DNA of 32,000 nucleotides, from the NCBI RefSeq assembly GCF_025021925.1, contig NZ_CP092368.1, forward strand, positions 90,001 through 122,000. Reading direction: 5' to 3'. Of this stretch, positions 9,215 through 18,238 are shown piece by piece. The notes under the pieces are model-generated. The model was not told the origin of the DNA, ran no database searches, and was given only the letters and a program-made list of their open reading frames with translations. The translations under genes and the position numbers were made by a program. This DNA comes from Candidatus Saccharimonadota bacterium. GTDB taxonomy: Bacteria; Pseudomonadota; Alphaproteobacteria; Rickettsiales; Anaplasmataceae. The first letter of the stretch is position 1, and each line of letters starts with the position of its first letter.

Positions 9215-10330
9215 GTGTTGATTTCTCATATAATGAGTTACTGTGGCAATGTCACATTTTGCTGTTTATCAGTTTTCTTCATTATCTCTTGTGTAATTTT
9301 GATACATGAATTAGGTCATTATATAATGGCAAGAGTATGCAAAGTCAAAGTTGCCTCTTTTTCTATAGGATTTGGTCCTGAAATAATTGGATTTAATGAT
9401 TACAGTGGTACTCGTTGGAAATTAAGTATGATTCCATTTGGTGGATATGTTAAGATGTTAGATGATTTCAATCTTATGAATACTTATCATAGAGAATATA
9501 ACACAGATAACCAATTATATTTATTTAATGTAAAAAATAGATATCAAAAAGCAGCAATAGTTTTTGCCGGACCTTGTGCAAATATGATATTTTCCGTTCT
9601 CCTTTTTACAATCTTTTTTAGTCTTTCAGGTAATTATATTACCCCACCTGTAATAAACACTATCGTCATAGATAGTCCAGCAGAAAAAGCTGGATTATTG
9701 CCAGGTGATACTATTCTTCAAATTAATAAATCACAAATCAAATACTTTGAAGATATTACACGCATGATCACTTTTTATCCGAATGCTTATATGGAAATTA
9801 AATATAGAAGAGGTCATGACCAATATACAACAATTCTTAATCCATCGACAGTAATAGATAGAGATATTATTGGGAACAAAATAGAAAGAACTACTATAGG
9901 AATTACATCGGTTAATATAGATAGTATAAAACAATATTCTGTATTGAAATCTGTTATTTTATCAATCAGACAGACTTACTATACCATGTCTTTAACAATT
10001 CAATCTCTTGTGCAGATTATTACTGGTAATGGTAATATAAATGAAATAGGTGGTCCAATTAAAATTGTACAATATTCAGTACAATCGGCCAAGTTAGGTG
10101 GTCTGACAGTTATATATTTTATGGCAATACTTTCTGCTAATTTAGCAATAATTAATATATTTCCAATACCTATGTTAGATGGTGGACATTTATTTCATTA
10201 TATTTTAGAAATATTGATACGTAGAGAATTAAATCGAAAATATCAAAAATTCGCATCATATTGCGGTGCATATCTTTTATTCTTATTAATGATCATAGCA
10301 ATTGTGAATGATATTAGACATCTCTTGTGA
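9215..10330 (+). CDS. rseP: RIP site-2 zinc metalloprotease RseP
   Basis: HELGHY (HExxH) in the first TM segment, a central PDZ-like region (SPAEKAGLLPGDTIL.IN), and C-terminal NIFPIPMLDGGH. Start is either GTG 9215 or ATG 9233. Confidence 0.88.
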   Translation: MLISHIMSYCGNVTFCCLSVFFIISCVILIHELGHYIMARVCKVKVASFSIGFGPEIIGFNDYSGTRWKLSMIPFGGYVKMLDDFNLMNTYHREYNTDNQLYLFNVKNRYQKAAIVFAGPCANMIFSVLLFTIFFSLSGNYITPPVINTIVIDSPAEKAGLLPGDTILQINKSQIKYFEDITRMITFYPNAYMEIKYRRGHDQYTTILNPSTVIDRDIIGNKIERTTIGITSVNIDSIKQYSVLKSVILSIRQTYYTMSLTIQSLVQIITGNGNINEIGGPIKIVQYSVQSAKLGGLTVIYFMAILSANLAIINIFPIPMLDGGHLFHYILEILIRRELNRKYQKFASYCGAYLLFLLMIIAIVNDIRHLL

Positions 10331-10337
10331 GAGAAAG

Positions 10338-12659
10338 ATGATCAAGTTATTCTATATAATAATGATTATCCTTTTTTTACCATCTATCTTAGATGCTTTA
10401 GACACTCAAAGCACAATCTATATACAAGAAATCAAATATCTAGGCAATCAACGAATCAGCAACCAAACAATAGATATGTATGTCACATGTGCTCAAAATA
10501 GTGAAATCACTCATTCTGATATCAATACGATTATTAAACGTCTATATAACACACAGTTATTTGCAAATGTCACAGCTTATATCGATGATCATCATAATTT
10601 GATCATCAAGATACAAGAAAATCCTCTCATCAATAACATTAACTTTAAGGGTAATCACACCTTAAATAATAATATTATAATGGAGAATGTGATAAAATCA
10701 CAACCGTTTATGATATTCAATAATACAAGATTACAACAAGATTTATTAAATATATCTGCTCGCTATAGAGAATATGGCAAGCTCAATGTAAAAATTGTAT
10801 ACGAAATCAATACACTTGACAATAATATGATTGATATCTCTGTTACAATACAAGAAGGAATATCATCGAGGATTCTAGATATCAAATATATAGGTAATAA
10901 AAATTTTTCTAGAGATCAATTAACACAAGTGATGAATCTACAAGATAATAATGTATTTAGTAAGTTATTTTATATTATTTTTCAAAAAGACAATTATTAT
11001 TCTTCTAAAAAAATAGAAATACAAAAACACTTAATAGAATCTTTTTATCTTGAAAATGGATATCTCAGAAACAATATTCAGTATATTGCTGAAGTAGATC
11101 GTAATCATCACATAGTATTAACTTTTCTCATTGATGAAGGGTCACAATATTTATTTGGAAATATTAATATTGAGGTACAGAATCTCGATCTTAAAAAGAA
11201 CCTCATGAAACTTATAACAGAAAAAAACAATGATATTTTTAATAAACTGCACATTACTCACACAGTAGAAAAAATGAATAGTTATTTGCATCAAAATGGA
11301 TATGTATTTGCACAAATTAAACCAGAATATGTAGAACGAGATAATAAGATAGATATAGTATATAAGATAATCACTAATCAGAAATCTTATATAAATCAAA
11401 TTATCATTACTGGCAATGAGCGTACTTTTGATCAAGTAATAAGAAGTAAGATTCCTGTTTCTGTAGGAGATCCATATAATATATTTACTATTAAACAAAT
11501 CCATGATTCTCTTATGGAGAGCAATTTATTTGAAATGGTACAGATAGATAATATTATTGAACATGATGCCTGGATTGATCTGAATGTCAATGTAAAAGAA
11601 AAAAATACTTCTGTATTTTCTTTAACAGGAGGTATATCTATGCCTGATGGCATGTTTGTTAAAACAAATTTTAAAGATCATAACTTATTTGGTACTGGTA
11701 AGGAATTAGAATTTTCACTTGAAAAAAATCAACACGCATTTTTAACTGATATTAAAATATCTAAATATCATTTTAATGATTCGCATACCAAGTTAGGAAT
11801 AGGTCTCTTTTGCAAGATACAAGATAAATTAAATACCGATTTTAGTAGTTATGATATAGGATTTTCAACACAATTATCATATTTAATAACAGAACACTTT
11901 ACTAATTTATTACATTATTCTTATAGGTTGAATCTGATAAATGTATTAAATAATTCTCAACAAAATAGTCAATACACTCAAAAAGTGCATGAGCAATATA
12001 ATCAAAATATTATTTCATCAATAGGATATACATTACTCTATAGTACCTTAGATAATCCATTTGTTCCAAAAAAAGGTTATTTATTTCGTGTACATCAAGA
12101 TATTGCAGGACTTGGAGGAAATATTACATTCCTCAAATCTGAATTGCTATCTTTTTATACTCATTCTATTTTTAGAAAAATTGCAAATGATATAAATATT
12201 CGTTTTAAAGTAGAGGCAGGGCATATTTTTTCTTATACAGATCAAGCATTACACGTAACTCAATACTTTTTTAAAGGTGGTAATGAGATTAGAGGTTTTG
12301 AACATACTGGAATTGGTCCTAGAATGAAAGATAGCGATCACACCGCATTAGGAGGTAAAACGTATTTCAATTTAACACAACAAGTAGATTTTCCATTGTT
12401 AACCTATTTATCAAAAATAGGTGTTAAGGGATCATTCTTTATTGACTATGCAACACTTTTTGGTTTAGATTATATAGATAAAAAGTATCAACATGAATAT
12501 AATGATAGCAAACTCATGAGAATTGCACCAGGTTTTGGAATTTCATTACCATCTCCATTTGGAAGGTTAAGATTAGATTTTGGTTTTCCTATACTAAAGA
12601 CATCTTATGATATCATATCATCACATAATATTAAATTTTCTATTGAATCAGGAATCTGA
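10338..12659 (+). CDS. bamA: Outer membrane protein assembly factor BamA (Omp85)
   Basis: About 773 aa. Signal peptide MIKLFYIIMIILFLPSILDA, POTRA-like repeats (I..I...GN..), C-terminal beta-barrel ending in a ..F motif (GRLRLDFGFP). The ATG at 10338 lies 7 nt after the rseP stop and is preferred over the overlapping ATG at 10308. Confidence 0.9.
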   Translation: MIKLFYIIMIILFLPSILDALDTQSTIYIQEIKYLGNQRISNQTIDMYVTCAQNSEITHSDINTIIKRLYNTQLFANVTAYIDDHHNLIIKIQENPLINNINFKGNHTLNNNIIMENVIKSQPFMIFNNTRLQQDLLNISARYREYGKLNVKIVYEINTLDNNMIDISVTIQEGISSRILDIKYIGNKNFSRDQLTQVMNLQDNNVFSKLFYIIFQKDNYYSSKKIEIQKHLIESFYLENGYLRNNIQYIAEVDRNHHIVLTFLIDEGSQYLFGNINIEVQNLDLKKNLMKLITEKNNDIFNKLHITHTVEKMNSYLHQNGYVFAQIKPEYVERDNKIDIVYKIITNQKSYINQIIITGNERTFDQVIRSKIPVSVGDPYNIFTIKQIHDSLMESNLFEMVQIDNIIEHDAWIDLNVNVKEKNTSVFSLTGGISMPDGMFVKTNFKDHNLFGTGKELEFSLEKNQHAFLTDIKISKYHFNDSHTKLGIGLFCKIQDKLNTDFSSYDIGFSTQLSYLITEHFTNLLHYSYRLNLINVLNNSQQNSQYTQKVHEQYNQNIISSIGYTLLYSTLDNPFVPKKGYLFRVHQDIAGLGGNITFLKSELLSFYTHSIFRKIANDINIRFKVEAGHIFSYTDQALHVTQYFFKGGNEIRGFEHTGIGPRMKDSDHTALGGKTYFNLTQQVDFPLLTYLSKIGVKGSFFIDYATLFGLDYIDKKYQHEYNDSKLMRIAPGFGISLPSPFGRLRLDFGFPILKTSYDIISSHNIKFSIESGI

Positions 12660-13217
12660 ATGAAAAACGTCAATCTCTTTATATCATTAATTGCTTTATT
12701 TCTTTCTCTATTTGCTATCTATCATTCTTTTTATCATCACTCTGACTGTTTATACAATACCAACACTGCTATTATTGATAGTGATAAAATCATTAATGAA
12801 TCCCTCATTTTACAAAAAATTCATCATCAAATAAAAGAAAGAAGTTCTGAATTACAACAAGAATTTGATGATGAAATAGAAAAAATCAAACCATTACAAG
12901 ATGAATTTGAACTACTCTCAGAAAGCGCTCAAAAGGAAAAAACAGATCAATTTAATCATTACGCTACTAAGATTAAAGAGGAATACACTAAAAAAATTGC
13001 ATATATAGAACAAAGATACAGAGAGTCATTAGATCAAATATTTTATAAACTCAAGGAATTAGCTATGATAGAAGCTAAAAAGCATGATTTGTCTTTAGTG
13101 CTATTTATTTCAAAGAAAAATCAAGTTTTATTCTCTGCACAATCAGTAGATTTATCAGATAAAATATTAAAAAAAATAAATAATGAATTACAGGACTTTG
13201 CGTTACAAGAGAAATAA
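12660..13217 (+). CDS. Periplasmic chaperone Skp/OmpH-like
   Basis: 185 aa. N-terminal hydrophobic signal, a Lys/Glu/Gln-rich predicted coiled coil, and a position immediately after bamA (the stop TGA abuts the ATG). The call rests mostly on context and composition. Confidence 0.6.
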   Translation: MKNVNLFISLIALFLSLFAIYHSFYHHSDCLYNTNTAIIDSDKIINESLILQKIHHQIKERSSELQQEFDDEIEKIKPLQDEFELLSESAQKEKTDQFNHYATKIKEEYTKKIAYIEQRYRESLDQIFYKLKELAMIEAKKHDLSLVLFISKKNQVLFSAQSVDLSDKILKKINNELQDFALQEK

Positions 13218-13240
13218 AAGAATTATCTTATAAATAAATC

Positions 13241-13687
13241 ATGAAATTAAATATCAATGAAATAATAAAAATTATTCCTCATACTTATCCATTTCTACTA
13301 GTAGATAAGGTGATAGAATGTAAGCCTACTAAGAGTATTATAGCACTCAAAAACGTCACGTTTAATGAGCAGTTTTTTATTGGACATTTTCCTGGTTATC
13401 CAATAATGCCAGGTGTCTTAATCATTGAAGCTCTAGCTCAGGCATCTGCAATATGCATGATGAATAATCAGAATCATATAACAAGTAAAGAGCAAGTTCT
13501 TTACTTCATGTCTATTGAAAAAGCAAAATTTAGAACTCCTGTGATTCCCGGAGATAGTCTTGTACTGCAATCTAATATTATAAATGCACGTTTAGGAGCT
13601 TATAAATTTGAGTGCGTAGCATATGTGAATAACAAAAAAGTGACGGAAGCAAAGATTATAGCAATGTTACATAATATCTCGCTATAA
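13241..13687 (+). CDS. fabZ: 3-hydroxyacyl-ACP dehydratase FabZ
   Basis: 148 aa. IPHTYPFLLVDKV, FFIGHFPGYPIMPGVLIIEALAQ (catalytic His) and the hot-dog fold pattern. Confidence 0.93.
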   Translation: MKLNINEIIKIIPHTYPFLLVDKVIECKPTKSIIALKNVTFNEQFFIGHFPGYPIMPGVLIIEALAQASAICMMNNQNHITSKEQVLYFMSIEKAKFRTPVIPGDSLVLQSNIINARLGAYKFECVAYVNNKKVTEAKIIAMLHNISL

Positions 13688-13699
13688 TAATATAGTACA

Positions 13700-16498
13700 A
13701 TGCAAATAGATTTTAATATTTCATTTTCTAATCTATATACCCGTCATGGGTTAATAGAATTAGATAAAATATTCTTAAATTATGTTCAAGTCTATAACAA
13801 TCAGTTATTTCACTTATTAGTTGAAATTAGACAATGCATACATTTTCAATCACATCCAATATCGAAAATTAAAAATTACAGCAATGTGATCTTAGAGCTT
13901 GCATACTTACTTGATGCTTTTATTGCAAAACTTTTTAAGATTGACATGCAAATAGAGCAATTGACAAAAAACCATAAAGACTTTGTATCTATATATCAAT
14001 GTAAAAGATTATTCATACATCGTTATGCATTAAAAAAATATACTAACATCATCAATATAAATTTTGATGATGTTGTCACAAGATTAAGTCATTTTTTTAT
14101 TATACCAATCACAGATATGACGTTTGCACATCAGGTAATGTCTTGGTTACAAAATAAAGAACATCATAAAGCAGAATTAGATCTTGCTGCACAATATGCA
14201 GCCTGGAGAGTAAAATATCAACAGAGTATATTATTTAGCACAAAGAAGATTCTTAATCATAAGAATCTTATCTCATATGATAAAAAGCAAATAGATGATA
14301 TTGACATAATATATTCATCTCGCCCAACAAGAAGACAAGGTTTTAATCTTACAAGTCAGAAACCATCTTTAGATGAAATATTAGAAAATACTCATTATTG
14401 TATACATTGTCATAAACAAAACAAAGATAGTTGTTCTCATGGTTTCTTCGATCAGAATAGAATATTTAAAAAATCTATTTTAGATGTTGAATTACATGGT
14501 TGTCCATTAGAACAAAAAATATCAGAAATGAATCTAGCAAAAAGCTTAGGATATAGTATTGCAAGTCTTGCAATTGTGATGATTGATAATCCATTATGTG
14601 CAGCTACTGGATATAGAATATGTAATGATTGTATGAATTCTTGCATATATCAAAGACAAGAACCTGTAAATGTACCGATGATTGAAACAAGAGTATTAGA
14701 TGATGTCTTGAATCTACCATATGGATTTGAAATCTATTCTTTACTAAGTCGATGGAACCCTTTGAATTTTCAACGTACTATACCAAAAAGTGATACTGGA
14801 AAAAACGTCCTCATTGTCGGTCTTGGACCATCAGGTTTTAACTTAGCCCATCATTTGCTCAATGATGGGCATAACGTTGTGGCAATTGATGGGCTAAAAA
14901 TTGAACCTTTAATAGATACAAAACAACTAATTAAAGATTTTCACTATGAACAGTTAAGTACACGTATAGCAGATGGATTTGGTGGAGTATCAGAATATGG
15001 TATTACATCGAGATGGGATAAGAATTATCTTAAAATTATAAGATTATTACTTACTAGACGTACAAATTTTGCAATGTATGGTGGTATTCGTTTTGGTAGT
15101 TCTATCACTGTTACAGATAGTTTTAATTTAGGATTTGACCATATTGCCTTAGCGCTTGGATCAGGAAGACCTAAAATTATAAAAATAAAAAATATATTAG
15201 CACGTGGGGTACGCATGGCATCTGACTTTCTGATGTCGTTACAACTCATAGGAGCAATGAAATTTGATTCAATAGTGAACTTACAGATTCGTATACCAAT
15301 AGTTGTAATAGGTGGAGGACTTACTGCAATTGATACTGCAACTGAAGCTTTAGCCTATTATCCAGTACAAGTAAGAAAATTTCTTATGCGTTATAATCTC
15401 TTAGTAAGTAAGTATGGTATAGATTATGTAGAAAGAGATTGGACAGAAGAAGAACATATTATTGCAAATGAATTTATATCACATGCAAATTTAATTCATT
15501 TAGAACAAGAAACAGCAAATAATGAAGGTAGAGAGATAAAAATATTAGAGTTAATACAAAGTTTAGGTGGAGTAAAAGTAATATATAGGAAAGAGTTACA
15601 AGATTCACCAAGCTATAGAGTAAATAGCGCAGAACTAAATCATGCATTACTAGAAGGAATTTATTTTATTGAAAACTTAGAACCTCTTGAAATCATCACA
15701 GATAAATATAATCATGCTAAGTTATTAAAGTTAAAAGATACAAAATCTCAGACCATAAAATATATAAAGGCACGTTCTATTTTAATAGCAGTAGGCACTG
15801 AACCAAATACAGTGATTGCAAATGAAGATAAGCAACACTTTAAAGTGAATAATGGATATTTTATACATTTAGATTCCTTAGGTAATGAGATAGCGCCCAA
15901 CTTTTCTCCTAAAACAGAACATCAAGACAGAATCTTAGTATATAAACAAGAGAATAAAGCAATTAGCTTTTTTGGAGATCTGCATCCAGGATATCATGGT
16001 AGTGTTGTCAAAGCAATGGCAAGTGCAAAGAATGGTTATCCTATCATCACGCAACTCTTAATGCATAAGTTATATCAAAAGGAAGATTTACAATCTCAAA
16101 TCACACAAGACATCATATGTCCAAATATAATTTCTCGTATGAATAAAGCATTTTTTCACAGAATCAAAAAACAATTTATCTCACAGATAATCACAGTTAA
16201 ATATTTAACAGATAAGATCATGGAAATAGTGATTAGAGCACCACTTGCCACAAAAAATTTTCAACCTGGACAATTTTTTAGATTGCAGAATTTTGCATCT
16301 TATATGACTAAAAGATATAATACAACTCTGACTATGGAAGGAGTAGCGGTAACTGGCATTTCTTCTGATAGAGATAAAGGTACTATATCAACTATAGTAT
16401 TAGATACTGGAGGTTCTACAAATATCTGTAAACTTTTTCAAGTAGGTGAACAAGTTATTCTCATGGGTCCAGCGGGTACTCCTACTGATATTCACTAA
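13700..16498 (+). CDS. Large multidomain Fe-S flavoprotein: unknown N-terminal domain + GltD/SudA-like FAD/NAD(P) oxidoreductase + partial FNR/PyrK-like FAD-binding domain
   Basis: 932 aa. Cys clusters HYCIHCH..SCSHG, HGCPLEQKISE and RICNDCMNSC resemble the GltD N-terminal Fe-S region. Rossmann motifs VLIVGLGPSG (from nt 14807) and VVIGGGLTAIDTA. C-terminal QPGQFFRLQNF....ILMGPAGTP resembles an FNR beta-barrel. Confidence 0.7.
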   Translation: MQIDFNISFSNLYTRHGLIELDKIFLNYVQVYNNQLFHLLVEIRQCIHFQSHPISKIKNYSNVILELAYLLDAFIAKLFKIDMQIEQLTKNHKDFVSIYQCKRLFIHRYALKKYTNIININFDDVVTRLSHFFIIPITDMTFAHQVMSWLQNKEHHKAELDLAAQYAAWRVKYQQSILFSTKKILNHKNLISYDKKQIDDIDIIYSSRPTRRQGFNLTSQKPSLDEILENTHYCIHCHKQNKDSCSHGFFDQNRIFKKSILDVELHGCPLEQKISEMNLAKSLGYSIASLAIVMIDNPLCAATGYRICNDCMNSCIYQRQEPVNVPMIETRVLDDVLNLPYGFEIYSLLSRWNPLNFQRTIPKSDTGKNVLIVGLGPSGFNLAHHLLNDGHNVVAIDGLKIEPLIDTKQLIKDFHYEQLSTRIADGFGGVSEYGITSRWDKNYLKIIRLLLTRRTNFAMYGGIRFGSSITVTDSFNLGFDHIALALGSGRPKIIKIKNILARGVRMASDFLMSLQLIGAMKFDSIVNLQIRIPIVVIGGGLTAIDTATEALAYYPVQVRKFLMRYNLLVSKYGIDYVERDWTEEEHIIANEFISHANLIHLEQETANNEGREIKILELIQSLGGVKVIYRKELQDSPSYRVNSAELNHALLEGIYFIENLEPLEIITDKYNHAKLLKLKDTKSQTIKYIKARSILIAVGTEPNTVIANEDKQHFKVNNGYFIHLDSLGNEIAPNFSPKTEHQDRILVYKQENKAISFFGDLHPGYHGSVVKAMASAKNGYPIITQLLMHKLYQKEDLQSQITQDIICPNIISRMNKAFFHRIKKQFISQIITVKYLTDKIMEIVIRAPLATKNFQPGQFFRLQNFASYMTKRYNTTLTMEGVAVTGISSDRDKGTISTIVLDTGGSTNICKLFQVGEQVILMGPAGTPTDIH

Positions 16499-16663
16499 AC
16501 ACAATTTATTAGTTATATGATCATGAGGGTTTTTGTGATATTGCATATAATGCACTGATAGTAAGTAGTCATATAACAGAGAATTCTTGATCTTCGTGTA
16601 CAAGTTGATTTTTTACATATATTGAGATAGCATATAGTATATTACTGTAGTATTCTGAGATTA

Positions 16664-18238
16664 GTGTATAAATTCTTATTATTACTTTTACTGACTATAT
16701 TAATAACATCAATACTGATATTATGTGATTATTCAGATACTAAAATTATCTATCCACATCTCGCAATTATCAATCTAGATTTTTCCATACAGATCATTCT
16801 ATTAGCCTTTCTATTGGGTGCATTTTTAATTGTATTATCAATTATCAATCTCACTCTTTTCGAATTAATCTCTTTCTTTGCATATACTATAAGTACGTTA
16901 TGCATGATAGCATCTACAAACATGATCTTTATTATAGTGTTTTGTGAGTTGATGGCTCTCAGTGCATTTTTTATTATTGCATATCCATCTAATAAAGATA
17001 ATAATTCTGCTGTAAGATATGCATGTCTACACTTTTTTAGTGGGATAATACTAACAATAGGATTGGCATCTCATAGCTTTACTATGATCAATATTGGTCT
17101 ATTAATCAATTGTGCTTGTTTACCCTTTTCTTTTTGGGTTGCTGATGCATATACTGCTGCATCATTACATGGTTCAGCATATCTTGCTTTCTTCACTACT
17201 AAAGCTTCTTTCTTAGTATTAATACTGCATACTGCAAATACATTGCATATGCATAATGAAATATTAGCATTTTTGGGTATCGTCACTGCAATATATGGTA
17301 TCATCTTCGCTGCTATTGAAAGAAACATTCGTAGACTATTTGCCTATAATATAGTAGGACAAATAGGAATGTTACTTCTCACATATAGTCTACTGAAAGA
17401 CTCACTATATGTAATTCCATTATTGATATGGAATATCATAATTTCTATGATATATCAATTATTGCTGACTTCTGTTGCACATTCAATTATAGCACAGAAA
17501 AAAGAAGAAAATTTAAATGCTATATCAATATCAATAATATCAGTAGAAGGAATATGCGCACTAATTGCAATATTGACAATGGTGGGATGTCCTGGTACTG
17601 CAGGTTTTATTATTAAATCATATACATCAGAGTTCATACCTTCTAACACTATTATGCTATCATATTTACAAAAATGTCTCAATTTATTGCTTTATTTAAG
17701 CGTTGGGGTTAAATTTATTTATTATCTATTTATTCGCAATAATATATTTCTACCTTTAATGAAAATATATAATAAAAACTCTATATGGAGTACCATCCCT
17801 ATGGTGATTTTATCAATTTGTTGTATAATAGGAGGAAATCCCTATATATTACTTTATAATCAATCTGTAATATTAGATTTAATATATTATAAAAATAATG
17901 TTCTTTTTCAATTGATTGTAATTTTGTGTTTTACTTTATTGTTTATTCCTATGCATAAGTTATTCTACCCTAGAATAAGTATAAAAAGAGATATTGATTG
18001 GATATTAAAGTCATGCGTTTTGCATTATCTTCAATCTTTCATCAAGAGATGGATCTTAAGAATAAAAGCACAATATACTCTCAATATGAATATCTTGATT
18101 GAATTAGTCATTCATTTACATAATACTATTATGTATCGACTGATAGAAATATTTGGTTATCATTCAATAAGCTTTGTGATTTCTACCTCTCTCTTTTTAA
18201 TGAGTATTTTATTAGTATTACTATGTTTCAATCATTAA
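16664..18238 (+). CDS. Proton-conducting membrane transporter family protein (MrpD/NuoN-like antiporter subunit)
   Basis: 524 aa polytopic membrane protein. The PFSFWVADAYTAASLHGSAYLAFFTTKAS block resembles the PF.FWLPDAY....P.SA.L signature of the NuoL/M/N-MrpA/D family. GTG start is uncertain and the sequence is divergent. Confidence 0.6.
   Translation: MYKFLLLLLLTILITSILILCDYSDTKIIYPHLAIINLDFSIQIILLAFLLGAFLIVLSIINLTLFELISFFAYTISTLCMIASTNMIFIIVFCELMALSAFFIIAYPSNKDNNSAVRYACLHFFSGIILTIGLASHSFTMINIGLLINCACLPFSFWVADAYTAASLHGSAYLAFFTTKASFLVLILHTANTLHMHNEILAFLGIVTAIYGIIFAAIERNIRRLFAYNIVGQIGMLLLTYSLLKDSLYVIPLLIWNIIISMIYQLLLTSVAHSIIAQKKEENLNAISISIISVEGICALIAILTMVGCPGTAGFIIKSYTSEFIPSNTIMLSYLQKCLNLLLYLSVGVKFIYYLFIRNNIFLPLMKIYNKNSIWSTIPMVILSICCIIGGNPYILLYNQSVILDLIYYKNNVLFQLIVILCFTLLFIPMHKLFYPRISIKRDIDWILKSCVLHYLQSFIKRWILRIKAQYTLNMNILIELVIHLHNTIMYRLIEIFGYHSISFVISTSLFLMSILLVLLCFNH

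Noticed and set aside
16499-16663. Possible frameshifted continuation of the 932-aa flavoprotein in the downstream spacer
   Set aside because: I translated all three forward frames by eye. Each hits stop codons within a few codons, and nothing resembles an NAD(P)-binding or 2Fe-2S segment. No recoverable pseudogene remnant is visible, although short degraded remnants cannot be excluded without tblastn.
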